Assembly: GCA_002269645.1 (NCBI GenBank) | Contig: NIVC01002032.1 | Span: 46,008-110,007 of the forward strand | Direction: 5' to 3' | Source of the DNA: Macrostomum lignano | Taxonomy: Eukaryota | Length of the DNA: 64,000 nt | In this document: piece after piece, positions 1 to 12,600 of the stretch | Layout of the letters: every line of letters starts with the position of its first letter | Position numbering within the stretch: the stretch's first letter is position 1 | Notes under the pieces: generated by a model | Told to the model about the DNA's origin: nothing | Seen by the model: only the letters and a program-made list of their open reading frames with translations | Database searches by the model: none | Program-made: the position numbers and the translations under genes

Positions 1-3000
1 CTATGACTCCGCCAGCCTTAGCGGCATCAACACCAGCTAGTAGCAGCTGCTTCTGCAGGTGACTGCACTTTAGCACGTCTTTCTCCTCTTTGTTAGCCTT
101 CACGGCTGGGTCCTTGGCAATGACTCCGGTGCCCGTACAGGGAGCGTCAACCAGTACCCGATCGAAATTGTGCATCGTTCGAGGGAATTCTCGACCGTCA
201 CCAACGCACACGACAATGTTATTGAGGCCGTGACGATGCGCATTGCCCACTACAGCCTTAGCTCGCTCTTTGTTGGCTTCGTTTGCCATCACTAGGCCTG
301 TGTTGCGCATCAGCTCTGCTATGTAGGTGGTCTTGCCGCCCGGGGCTGCGCACAGGTCCAGCACTTTCTCCTGCGGCCTGCGGGTGGGTGATAATATAAG
401 ATGCTGTACCGTGTATTTTTGAGTTCTGGTTCTTTTTGAGTTCCGTGTCTATTTGAGTTCCGTGTCTTTTTGAGTTCCGTGTCTATTTGAGTTCCGTGTC
501 GATTTGAGTTCCGTGTCTATTTGAGTTCCGTGTCTATTTGAGTTCCGTGTCGATTTGAGTTCCGTGTCGATTTGAGTTCCGTGTCTGTTTGAGTTCCGTG
601 TCTATTTGAGTTCCGTGTCTATTTGAGTTCCGTGTCTATTTGAGTTCCGTGTCGATTTGAGTTCCGTGTCTATTTGAGTTCCGTGTCTATTTGAGTTCCG
701 TGTCTATTTGAGTTCCGTGTCTATTTGAGTTCCGTGTCTATTTGAGTTCCGTGTTTATTTGAGTTCCGTGTCGATTTGAGTTCCGTGTCTATTTGAGTTC
801 CGTGTCTATTTGAGTTCCGTGTCTATTTGAGTTCCGTGTCTGTTTGAGTTCCGTGTCTATTTGAGTTCCGTGTCTATTTGAGTTCCGTGTCGATTTGAGT
901 TCCGTGTCGATTTGAGTTCCGTGTCTGCTTGGGGAGCACGAGATTTGCCCGCCGAGCTTTTCCCGCCGAGAATTGCCCGCCGAGATTTGCCCGCATGCTT
1001 TTTTCTGCAGCGCATTTAACCAGCGGCAGATTTTGTCTGCATTGCCTCCCCAGTGTTTAGTAAGTCTTAATAAAGAGATTTACCCGATCAAACGTTTTGA
1101 TAGTAATTGCATATCAAATGCATCTTTTTTTTTGGGGGGGGGGGCATTGCAGACAGAATCCAGCTGCCAAATGCGCTGCAGGAAAAAACATTGCCGGCAA
1201 AACTCGGCGGGCAGTTCTCATGGACCCGTCTGTTTGAGTCTGAACTCAGACGAATACGGAACTCAAATAGACACGGAACTCAAAAAGACACGGAACTAAA
1301 AAAGACACGGAACTCAAATCGACACGGAACTCAAACAGACACGGAACTCAAAAAGACACGGAACTCAGACGAATACGGAACTCAAATAGACACGGAACTC
1401 AGACGAATACGGAACTCAAATAGACACGGAACTCAAATAGACACGGAACTCAAATAGACACGGAACTCAAATAGACACGGAACTCAAATAGACACGGAAC
1501 TCAAATAGACACGGAACTCAAAAAGACATGGAACTCAAATAGACACGGAACTCAAACAGACACGGAACTCAAATAGACACGGAACTCAAATAGACACGGA
1601 ACTCAAATCGACACGGAACTCAAATAGACACGGAGCTCAAAAAGACATGGAACTCAAATAGACACGGAACTCAAATAGACACGGAACTCAAACAGACACG
1701 GAACTCAAATCGACACGGAACTCAAATAGACACGGAACTCAAATCGACACGGAACTCAAATCGACACGGAACTCAAATAGACACGGAACTCAAATAGACA
1801 CGGAACTCAAATAGACACGGAACTCAAATAGACACGGAACTCAAATAGACACGGAACTCAAATAGACACGGAACTCAAATAGACATGGAACTCAAATAGA
1901 CACGGAACTCAAATCGACACGGAACTCAAATAGACACGGAACTCAAAAAGACATGGAACTCAAATAGACACGGAACTCAAACAGACACGGAACTCAAACA
2001 GACACGGAACTCAAATAGACACGGAACTCAAACAGACACGGAACTCAAATCGACACGGAACTCAAATCGACACGGAACTCAAATAGACACGGAACTCAAA
2101 TCGACACGGAACTCAAATCGACACGGAACTCAAATAGACACGGAACTCAAATAGACACGGAACTCAAATAGACACGGAACTCAAATAGACACGGAGCTCA
2201 AAAAGACATGGAACTCAAATAGACACGGAACTCAAATAGACACGGAACTCAAATAGACACGGAACTCAAATAGACACGGAACTCAAATAGACACGGAGCT
2301 CAAAAAGACATGGAACTCAAATAGACACGGAACTCAAATAGACACGGAACTCAAAAAGAACCGGAACTCAAATAGACACGGAACTCAAAAAGACACGGAA
2401 CTCAAATAGACACGGAGCTCAAAAAGACATGGAACTCAAATAGACACGGAACTCAAATAGACACGGAACTCAAAAAGAACCGGAACTCAAATAGACACGG
2501 AACTCAAATAGACACGGAACTCAAATAGACACGGAACTCAAATTGACACGGAACTCAAATAGACACGGAACTCAAACAGACACGGAACTCAAATAGACAC
2601 GGAACTCAAATAGACACAGAACTCAAATAGACACGGAACTCAAAAAGACACGGAACTCAAAAAGACACGGAACTCAAATTGACACGGAACTCAAATAGAC
2701 ACGGAACTCAAATAGACACGGAACTCAAAAAGACACGGAACTCAAAAAGACACGGAACTCAAATAGACACGGAACTCAAATAGACACGGAACTCAAAAGT
2801 TGAGGATAGGCAGAGGGGGACCCAGGTTACACCCAGGTTACGAGTTCTGGGTGCAACCTGGCAACCCCAGTGTAACCTGGTGTAACCTGTAACAGACATA
2901 CAGACCTCGTAATTGTGGGTGTAGGTTAAAGGATTGTGGCTGCAGGTTAAAGGATTGTGGGGGTGCAGGTTAAAGGATTGTGGGGGTGCAGGTTAAAGGA

Positions 3001-4486
3001 TTGTTTGGTTGTAGATTAAAGGATTGTGGGGGTGCAGGTTAAAGGATTGTTTGGTTGTAGATTAAAGGATTGTGGCTGCAGGTTAAAGGATTGTGGGGGT
3101 GCAGGTTAAAGGATTGTGGGGGTGCAGGTTAAAGGATTGTGGGGGTGCAGGTTAAAGGATTGTTTGGTTGTAGATTAAAGGATTGTGGGGGTTCAGGTTA
3201 AAGGATTGTTTGGTTGTAGATTAAAGGATTGTGGCTGCAGGTTAAAGGATTGTGGGGGTGCAGGTTAAAGGATTGTGGGGGTGCAGGTTAAAGGATTGTT
3301 TGGTTGTAGATTAAAGGATTGTGGGGGTGCAGGTTAAAGGATTGTTTGGTTGTAGATTAAAGGATTGTGGCTGCAGGTTAAAGGATTGTGGGGGTGCAGG
3401 TTAAAGGATTGTGGGGGTGCAGGTTAAAGGATTGTTTGGTTGTAGATTAAAGGATTGTGGGGGTGCAGGTTAAAGGATTGTTTGGTTGTAGATTAAAGGA
3501 TTGTGGGGGTGCAGGTTAAAGGATTGTTTGGTTGTAGATTAAAGGATTGTGGGGGTGCAGGTTAAAGGACAGTTCAAAACACGAGTATCTAGTGCGTAGA
3601 CAAAATAATACAAGTTCACATTATTGATAAGGAACATACATGCGCAACCTCCAAAACTTGGTCGGCCATGCGACTTAGTTTTAACAAAAATGCGACGTAG
3701 TTTTTGGCCAAAAATGCGACTTACATGTAATAAAAACCCTAAAGCAAAATTAACGCAACTTTGGGTAAACGGCAGGAGTACCTGTAACTGTCTTATTAGG
3801 TCAAAATGCCTCGTCAGCTACTTAGTAATACTACTTGGGTATTTTTCGGGTGGGTATTTTTGCGACTTCCTTGATTGGCTGCCAAATCGGTCGGCCGGAT
3901 CGGCCGACTCGGCCGACTGTTGCTCATGTATGATAAGGAAGAAAATTTGTCACACAAAACGTTTATAGAGGTTCATAAATACAAAGGACTATCCGGGGCA
4001 CTTAAATCTGCCAGGGAAACCTGAGACGCTGTGCCGAACAATATGATTTTTTAAAGACTCGCCCGCATGAATAGAAGACATTAGAAGAGATTAATGAGGA
4101 TAGAAGAATGGGTGATTAATTTCAAGCAGGAATTCGAGATGCAACTAAAAGCAAAGCGGTGACAGCAAAAGCAAAAGCCAGCGGTGACTCAGACATCAGA
4201 TTTACAGCTCCGTCAGTGAGTTGCTCAGCATTACGTCCCGTTTTTGCTCATAATTTACCTGCGTGGCTCTGGTAAAAACTAGAGAACTTATAAGAGAACC
4301 CAGAAGCATCTCAGAGATTTTGGGTCTTTAGTTAAGATAACAGCAAGCCTCAGGCATCAGATTTGCGATCAATCACTAAAGTGGATCAGCATTACGTCCC
4401 GTTTGTGTCATCACTGCTTGCTTATTGAATAGTTTGTTGGTTAGGAATAGAAGAGACCCATATAGCTAGATAGATGATAGATAGAT

Positions 4487-4525
<39 letters not shown>

Positions 4526-4566
4526 GATAGATAGATAGATAGATAGATAGATAGACAGGCAGACCC

Positions 4567-4603
<37 letters not shown>

Positions 4604-4672
4604 TAGACACACAGATAGACACACAGACAGACAGACAGATAGACACACAGATAGACAGACAGATAGACACAC

Positions 4673-4703
<31 letters not shown>

Positions 4704-4922
4704 TAGACAGACAGATAGACACACAGATAGACACACAGACAGACAGACAGATAGACACACAGATAGACACACAGATAGACATACAGATAGACACACAGAC
4801 ACACAGACAGACAGACAGATAGACACACAGATAGACAGACAGATAGACACACAGATAGACACACAGATAGACACACAGACAGACAGACAGATAGACACAC
4901 AGATAGACAGACAGATAGACAC

Positions 4923-4961
<39 letters not shown>

Positions 4962-4962
4962 T

Positions 4963-5007
<45 letters not shown>

Positions 5008-5008
5008 A

Positions 5009-5081
<73 letters not shown>

Positions 5082-6829
5082 CAAAAGCAAGCCAGGCCGC
5101 ACTCACTTCGGATCCAAGGCCAGCACAGGCAGCATACTGGCGGCACCCTGCAGCATGTAGTGGCCAGCCAAGTACTCCGGGGTAGCGCCCAGCGGCACCT
5201 GGGAATCGTACACAACCAGGCCCACCTTGGACCATTTGTCGAACGGGTCCAGATTGACGCCGCGAGAAATGAGCGCCTGCGCCAAATCTTTGCGCCGAGT
5301 TTTCAACGCATTGGTTCGCAACGTCAGCGGCCTGTCGACTTCGTTGGATTGTAGAAAGTCCAGGATGTCCTTTGGATAGAGGTCCAGCAGGCGGCGCATT
5401 AGGAAAGCGTTATAGGAGAATCGCATGCAGAGCAGGCTGCACAGCCGGTCCAAACAGTCGGATCGGGAGAATTTAGCGCCAGTTTTTGGGGACTTCTTCT
5501 TCTTAGCCTTCTCGACACTGTCGCCGGAGTTGCCTAGCAACTGGAGCAGACTGTCGATGCGGCCATCAAGCTCGGAGAGATCGGCAGGAGCCTGGGAATT
5601 TTTATTAATGTTGAAGTCAGTCAGTCAGTCAGTCAGTCAGTCAGTCAGTCAGTGAGTCAGTGAGTCAGTGAGTCAGTGAGTCAGTGAGTCAGTCAGTCAG
5701 TCAGTCAGTCAGTCAGTGAGTCAGCCAGTCAGTCAGTCAGTGAGTCAGTCAGTCAGTCAGTCAGTGAGTCAGTCAGTCAGTGAGTCAGTCAGCCTTACCT
5801 GCTGCAAATCTGCTGCTTTAGCGGCCTCGTCCTCATCAGCCTGGCCAGCCTCTTCGGCGTCATCATCTTCGCCAGCCTCATCTGCAGCCTCCTTTTCAAC
5901 GCCTTCGCTGCTGTCAGAATCCTCAGCCTCGTCGGCATCCTCATCGCTGATAGGAAAATCGTCGTTTAAAAAATCTTCGTCTTCTTCTTCTAGCAGAGTC
6001 CGGCCAGCAGTTCCTCCTTCCTCTTCAGCTGAGTCGTCTTCATCCAGATCGAGTCGCAGTCGTTTGCTGCTTTTATTGGCTTCGGCCGTTTGAGCTTGCT
6101 CCAGCTCGTCTAGACTGTCCATGTCTTCGTCTGCCTCGTCAGACTCTTCTTCATCCGGGCGTGGAGGCTTCGGTGGACTGTTGGATTTGACGTGGTTGGG
6201 TCAATTAAGGTCAATCAGTGGACACCCCGGGATGTCTGTGGGGCTGTGTTAGAATCAGTGGACACCATGGGATGTCTGCGGGGCTGTATTATTAGAATCA
6301 GTGGACACCCCAGGTGTCTGCGGGGCCGTATTATTAGAATCAGTGGACACCCCCAGGTGTCTGCGGGGCTGTATTATTAGAATCAGTGGACACCCCCAGG
6401 TGTCTGCGGGGCTGTATAACTAGAATCAGTGGACACCCCAGGTGTCTGGGATGCTTATGATCTTAAGATGTATTTCTATTCTCTATAAACGCAAAATTTA
6501 CAGGTGCACAAGCAGAACAATCAGAATTAGTCCATGGTTTTAATGCCAATCAATAAAAGCACACACACTGACCCAGCATTATCGCCATTCGACCGTTGCT
6601 GTTCAAGCTTTTTCTTTTGCTTCTCCATTTTCTTAGCAGCAACTGTGGCCTGTTTAACAACTCGCCGTTTCATTCGCTGCTTCTGCCGACTGCTCAGCTG
6701 ACGCGGGCCGGCAGCCTCCTCTGCATCAACCTCAGTCTCAATACTAGCCGGCAGCTTGGGGTCTTTCTGCTTTCGAGTTTTGCGACCCGGACCCCGCTGC
6801 GACTGCAGGCGATAGTCTTTGCGGCCCAT
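1..6829 (-). CDS. NOP2: NOP2/NSUN1 rRNA m5C methyltransferase, 3'-truncated by window edge; exons 6829-6573, 6177-5799, 5591-5107, 377-<1
   Basis: Spliced translation: [17 protein letters not shown] (basic N-term), acidic tract, [25 protein letters not shown]...[28 protein letters not shown]|[16 protein letters not shown]...[16 protein letters not shown] (NOL1/NOP2 motifs). All three introns are GT-AG with matching phases. Confidence 0.96.
421..925 (+). repeat. 17-bp minisatellite (GAGTTCCGTGTCTATTT)n, about 30 units, NOP2 intron 3
   Basis: Tandem units visible directly. Confidence 0.95.
932..1227. mobile_element. MULE-like MITE (about 296 bp) inserted in the 17-bp array
   Basis: Imperfect TIRs of about 100 bp (GGGAGCACGAGATTTGCCCGCCGAG.../...CTCGGCGGGCAGTTCTCATGGACCC). 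9-bp flanks GTCTGCTTG (923-931) and GTCTGTTTG (1228-1236). G-initiated TIRs with a 9-bp TSD are typical of Mutator. Confidence 0.6.
1240..2797 (-). repeat. Same 17-bp minisatellite in inverted orientation (AGACACGGAACTCAAAT)n, about 90 units
   Basis: Unit is the reverse complement of the 421-925 unit. Confidence 0.95.
2925..3569 (+). repeat. 23-24-bp minisatellite (GTGCAGGTTAAAGGATTGTGGGGG / TTGTAGATTAAAGGATTGTTTGG variants)
   Basis: Tandem units with two alternating variants. Confidence 0.93.
4462..5082. repeat. Compound (TAGA)n/(CAGA)n/(CAGATAGACACA)n microsatellite next to a NOP2 donor
   Basis: Visible directly. Confidence 0.95.
5617..5791. repeat. (TCAG)n/(TGAG)n microsatellite filling NOP2 intron 2
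   Basis: Visible directly; the intron is 5592-5798. Confidence 0.95.
6212..6448 (+). repeat. 42-43-bp tandem repeat x6 in NOP2 intron 1 (AGAATCAGTGGACACCCCCAGGTGTCTGCGGGGCTGTATTATT)
   Basis: Six units, each with a GACACC-loop-GGTGTC (or similar) hairpin. Confidence 0.9.
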
Positions 6830-9800
6830 TGAGAGTCAACTAGCTGTAGTAGTTGCCAGGGTGCATGTACTAATGCCATTTTTTGAGTATGTGATTTGCT
6901 CAGCTCAATACAGAATTACAGATTGCACTTGAATGAAATCTTAGATAGCAGTTAATGTAAAATAAAATGGTCATTTTATTGTTTACTTTCAGTAGTTATT
7001 TTTACAAAAGAAATAATTTATTAGTAAACTTTAAATCAAAGCCACTAAATGTACAAGAATGGCATGGGTAGACCACAGATACTAGAATAACTAGATGGGC
7101 CACTCAGCAAATTTGTTTGAAATCTACTTTTAGTTCAGTAGTATGTTAAACAGGAGCATCTTAATGTATTTTTAAAGCCAAGGCTCATTTATTGGCTCTT
7201 ACCCCCCCCCAGCTTAAACTCTCCAACTGTGCCTTTCCACACTACTCCCCTCCACATGGCCCCAATTTTTATTGCCTAAAGCTGCCTTGTACATTTCAAT
7301 GGCTATTGTACATTATGGATGAACCAATTAGCAAGTTGCTTTCATCTGCAAGCTAAATTTAAATTTAGGCTTCTAAATTTATCAAAGCATTTCATCTGGC
7401 TTTATTTTATAAAATACCTAGTATATTATTCATTGCTACTGAACTGAATGTAGAAAGCTGTTTTACTAAGCATAAATGCCTGAGTGACCTATCTAGTTAT
7501 TTTAATGTCTGTGGAGTAGACTAAGGAATCTTAAAAAAATTGTATATATTCACTTCATTATAGTGTAAGGTTGCCTTAAGTATAAATGATTATAAAGGAC
7601 CTAGAAATTTTTTAAAACAATATAAACTAGCTTTGTCATAATGTTAAGTCCATATGTCCAAATATCTACTATGAGCTACACAAAATTAGTTTAAAAATTT
7701 CATAGGTGGCTACAATCTAACAAATTCAGGGAGAGAATAAGATTAAAGTAAGTTTAAGTAGACATAAAACAAACAGTATACATATTGGTATATATATAAC
7801 TATAAATGTTTTTAGCAATCAATTTTTTAAATAGAGCATTTTTTGTCATTTAAAAAGTTTATTGCTTATATACTAACATTAGTTTCTCATAAGTGAAAGT
7901 CCATTTTTATAATATAAAATTTACAAATTAAGTTATAGAATAAATATTAATAATATTTTATATTTCAATTTTTTTTACATTATAAATAATGAAAAAGCAT
8001 TTTAAAAGTTAAAAGTATTTCTTACTTTATAAGTTAAACAACTAATAATACTTTCAAAAGCCCAATTTAAAATACTTTCTATTTGGCTTATTTTTTATGC
8101 AATATAAACTTAAAAGTATAAAATCTAGCAAATCTAGCCGACACACAGGTTGTACAACGCAGACTTTTGAACATTGAGATGAGGTGGATCTTTGGACTTT
8201 TTGATTGGCTGTATTTCCGCAACCTTCCAGATCCTTGCAACTTCTAAGTTAGGCTATTATTCTTACGTTGCGACCTTTGTGAAACTAGTGCTTTTATTTC
8301 GAAGTTTCTTTTTACTATTGCATTAATACTTCCTTTGCAGCAAAATTCTTTTCTACACCTTTAATACTTGTTTTGTTGTATTTTACTACCTAAATCATCG
8401 TTTTATTGCTTATTAGTATGTTTAATAGTGCTTTCTTATTGACTAGTGTTTATTGCTTACCAGTGTTTTATTAATAGATCTAATGTTTTTGCTTAGTACT
8501 AATAGTAGCATAGTGTGATAATTGCCTGTTAATTTTCTGCACTTATAGAGCACCCACACTATAACTTATCTACACCTTTCATATAGTGCACTCCTAAAAC
8601 TTTTCACATTTTTCTGCATAGTAGAAAATTTTTGCACTCAATTTACTATCGGTATATTTCATTTAAATTTTTTTAGAGGAGGTAGGTTGTGCAGGGCGAT
8701 CTATAATTTTATGAGTAACAATGTTTTCAAATTTGTGCTTGAAAACTAAGTAAACAGTTTGTTATACTGTACGACTTTCTCATAATATTTTACGAATATA
8801 ATTTTTGTTTTAATCTATGAGTAAAAAAATAGTATAAATAGAACCAATTTTGGCGGAGGGAGAAGCAACCTTGCTCATTGGGGTTCACTAATGAAACATA
8901 GTGAAGAGTAATAGTTCCGAGAAAAATATAATTGAAGAAGTGTTTTCCTATGTTAATTCTTTTAAGAAGAGCGAAGTAGACCGAAGTGTATACAGTACAT
9001 ACTACTGAGAAGTAGCAGCATTGAGTAGTAAGGAATTACGAAGTAGATCTGAAGTATTATGTGTAAGAATAACCAGAGGCTATGACCCTCTGATCTCGGT
9101 AACGCCAAGGACTTAGAGAGTACATGTGATACATATACTAGTAAGCCAATATACCACTCAGGCCAACTTACTAGAACACTACTAGAATAATAACAAATGC
9201 TACCAGAATAATATACTTATAAAGACCAAATAATATACTCAGACAAATTCTAAGAAACAATTTTCAGATTATTCTAAGATTGATAAACTCATAATTTATT
9301 AATAGAATAATCTTGGTGGCAGCTACCAACATAGGACATTTAATATTTATATAGGAAGTTACCCCTTTGACAACTTTAGTGACAGCTATAAAATCATTTG
9401 TAGAGACAGAAGAATAACCACTGTTAAAACTTGGTGGCAGCAAGAAGACTAACAAAAGAATAATTAAGAGCCCTGGGACAGCTTTTGGTGGTAGCTATAG
9501 GATTAAAATTGATAAAGTAGGAGGCGAAAGCATTGTAACAATATAGACAAATTTAAGTATAAGGCCAAGGGGGCAAGATAACTATCCCTTTTTGTAGCTA
9601 GCAATAACAGTATCCAATTTTCTTTGGGCTAAAGTCTATTACCTTAAAGTTTTCTTAGTATAATACTCTAATATTATATTAGTGTCCTTTTATCTATACT
9701 ATGGTAGTATCCTTTTTGTTAATCTTATAGGCTTAACATTCCTTTTATCTACATATAGTATCTTTTTAATATATATTATAGGCTTAGAAACCCTACTTTT

Positions 9801-10194
9801 ATGGTTAAAATATACTTTTCTTCCATAGTTTGGAATAGCCTAAATGTTTTGCTGGACTAAAATCTCCTACAATTTATTTGGTACGCCAGTGTATGCCAAA
9901 TGTTTTCTAGCCTGGAAAAAATTGTAATCCTGGAAAAAACGAAGCTTGATATGAGCTTTGTTTCTGGTGTCATGGCATACCAAATGACCTTTTTTGCTTC
10001 TTTGTTTTACTTTTTTTGCTTTTTAGCTGATACTCTTTATAGTAAGAAGCCAATATATACCAAGATTTCTTTCATTCTTTCGAAAAAACTACTATTTATT
10101 TAAATTTACTTTTATTTCACAATTTAATTCTGCAACTGCAGAACATATAAGTCACTTTTTTATTATCAATTTTTATATGCTAGATAACATACAT

Positions 10195-10346
10195 GCAACC
10201 TTGGGAATCACCCGGCCGTTTCTATTGGCAACACACACATGTAAGTCGCTATTGGCTGAGAGCAGTCACGTGACTACTATTCTGTCCAATAGCGACATAC
10301 ATGTGTGTGTTGCCAATAGAAACGGCCGAGTGAATCCCAAGGTTGC
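10195..10346. mobile_element. Palindromic MITE-like element: 61-bp inverted arms around a 30-bp loop
   Basis: Arms 10195-10255 and 10286-10346 match at 58/61. The loop contains GTCACGTGAC. Flanked by near-identical direct repeats ATGCTAGATAA(C/T)AT at 10177-10190 and 10355-10368. Confidence 0.7.
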
Positions 10347-11585
10347 GCCCAAGCATGCTAGATAATATGCCAGATTTAAAAAATTTGTATGCCAAGTGTA
10401 TACCAAATAATTCTAGTGTACTCCCTCTTTTTTAGACTGGCTTTTCATAGTATATATCTGTTTTTTTTTAATTTACCTTCTAATTAATATTTGTCAAATT
10501 TTTTAAATAAATTAGTTATTTATTATTCTAATACAATTGACAAATCATTTTAATGTAAGCATAAAATCTAGGCCCTAATATTAATAGGTCTCATGAAAGT
10601 TGAAATAATTGATTTATTTATAAAAACTGGTTTGATTTCTATTCTAATGCCAAAATTAACATTGGCAATATCATTTGACTTGTAACTTGTAGAATCTATT
10701 ATTATAATTATAAAAAAGCAAAAATTATTGCAAAAATACTTAAAATTATAAAAATAGATACTAAATAACTAAATAAAACACAAAATAGTAAACATAAATT
10801 AAAATTGAGAGCATGTTTAGACTGGAAGCATAGTAGGCCCAGAGGCCAAGGGACTATACAAATTATAAGATTAGCCTAGGCCTATAAATATAAGTTTTTT
10901 CACTAATATAATAATAGAAGTTAAGAAGTATATACATTATTAAAATGCCAGATTTAGAGACACTTCAGCCATGTCTATAATCCAAAAACTTATAGAAACG
11001 GTAGGCATGTCTCTAATAGTGATTAGGTCTATACTTATAAATATGGCTGAGCCACTATGTCTATAATATTTGAGCTTATAGACAGCAGTTGCGTGTGTCG
11101 ATACAATAGAGAATGTATCTTATTCTCACATTGGAGACAAGTGACAATGGCCATGCTAGTCTATATAGGTAGACTAGTGCCAGTGGCCATGTTATTAATA
11201 TTAAAAATAGGCCCTAATACTTAAAGACATGGAGGGTGGCTATGTCCCTAATAAAGAATCCATTCAACACTAGAGACAGCAGTGGTCTCTTAATTTATTG
11301 CCAAATTTAAAGCAATAGTACCATGCGTGCTTACTAATGTGTCTATAAGCTCTAACATTATTAGGCCTAGACACGGCCACTGTTTTTATAAGTAGGCCTA
11401 TTCCATTATTAAAATACCTTTTTTGCTTAACCTTTACTTTATGATTCTAGGCTGTGCAATTTTTTTTCAAAAAGTAAAAATCACATCAACACAAAAAAAT
11501 AATTAAAAACTTTTTAAATTCTCTCGTGTTGTCTATTTGACTATTGTCTTGAATGATAATAAACAGGCCTATATAGTAATAATTG

Positions 11586-11637
11586 TCTGACATATCTGTG
11601 TCTGACATATCTGTGTCTGACATATCTGTGTCTGACA
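11586..11637 (+). repeat. 15-bp tandem repeat (TCTGACATATCTGTG) x3.5
   Basis: Visible directly. Confidence 0.85.
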
Positions 11638-12600
11638 TAATATACTTGTAATTAGATAAGTAAATAGTCCAGTAGATATAACTGTGAAATAGTACTAAAG
11701 AACATAAAACTGAATTGCATTTAACTTGTAAGATAAATATACTGGTTCCAGCCAGTGCAATAGCGGATTGACGATTTATTAAATGATAAATCTGAGACAG
11801 AGATTGATTTTTCATTTCGCCGAATTTTTTTCTATAGGTAATACTCATTAGGCCTAGTCATTATTATGCACATATGTAGATGACATACATACATATACAT
11901 GTACCTTAATAATTGCATTAGTTCAAAATTTTCTAAATTTTGCGCACCTAGTTCCATTGTTTTCCTGAAAAATTGAGTAATGCAAGTTTTGTGTTTAGGA
12001 TTTCGTTTAAAACTTCCAGGATTTGCTTTTTAAAGTTACAATATTGTGAAAAACTGGAAACTTTTATTTACCAAAATCGTTTTATTAAATAATAGTTTGA
12101 TAACCTGAAGACAGAAAACAGTATTTAAAAAAATTGAATTTGCAAAAAAATAATATCTGTGTTTTAGTTTATCTATAGTAAGCAACTCCAGGCCGGACTT
12201 TTTTTAACTTTAGTTTCGTAAACCTTATGCTGGATAACTAAAACTAAAAGGGTTGGTCGAAAACTTGTCTAAGCCATTGCACTTGAGACTCAGAACGCAA
12301 TTTTATTGCAGATAGCTGAGAAAATTAAAATAATATATAGTTATCAATGAGCTTTTAGTGTACTTTATATAATTATTGGCCTACTTACTTACTTCAAGTT
12401 ACTTGTTCTAAATAAATGCTAGGTCTAGACTCTAGGACAGGACAATGTGCGCGATAATTTTTTTACAATATATCTGAGCTTAATGCATTGTCTCTGTACT
12501 ATTTGCTCATTGTTTAGTTGCCTTGTTTGGTCCCTAACCTAAAATTAGGACCTATATCAATTATAATTGTCAATTATGAATTATGTTATGAAACATTATC

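Noticed and set aside
4188-4404. Duplicated module of about 55 bp with an exact 19-bp core TCAGCATTACGTCCCGTTT (4225, 4386)
   Set aside because: An old local duplication inside an intron, with no ORF, TIR or structure to support a function.
4422-5235. Long ORFs over microsatellites and minisatellites (also 16590-17211, 17988-19058, 20594-21484, 29790-30458, 38429-39329, 41195-41977, 45358-46127, 50700-52839, 63443-63990)
   Set aside because: They are translations of tandem units without synonymous variation, often open in several frames and on both strands, and they lie inside introns of well-supported genes or in intergenic arrays.
6212-6448. CRISPR-like appearance of 28-43-bp hairpin-containing repeats (also 24497-24987, 48540-50605)
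   Set aside because: Units are contiguous with no unique spacers, there are no cas genes, and the context is eukaryotic and intronic.
8900-9900. Stop-riddled, coding-like sequence with recurrent (C/T)TTGGTGG(C/T)AGC
   Set aside because: Probably a heavily mutated TE or gene relic, but I could not assign any family by eye.
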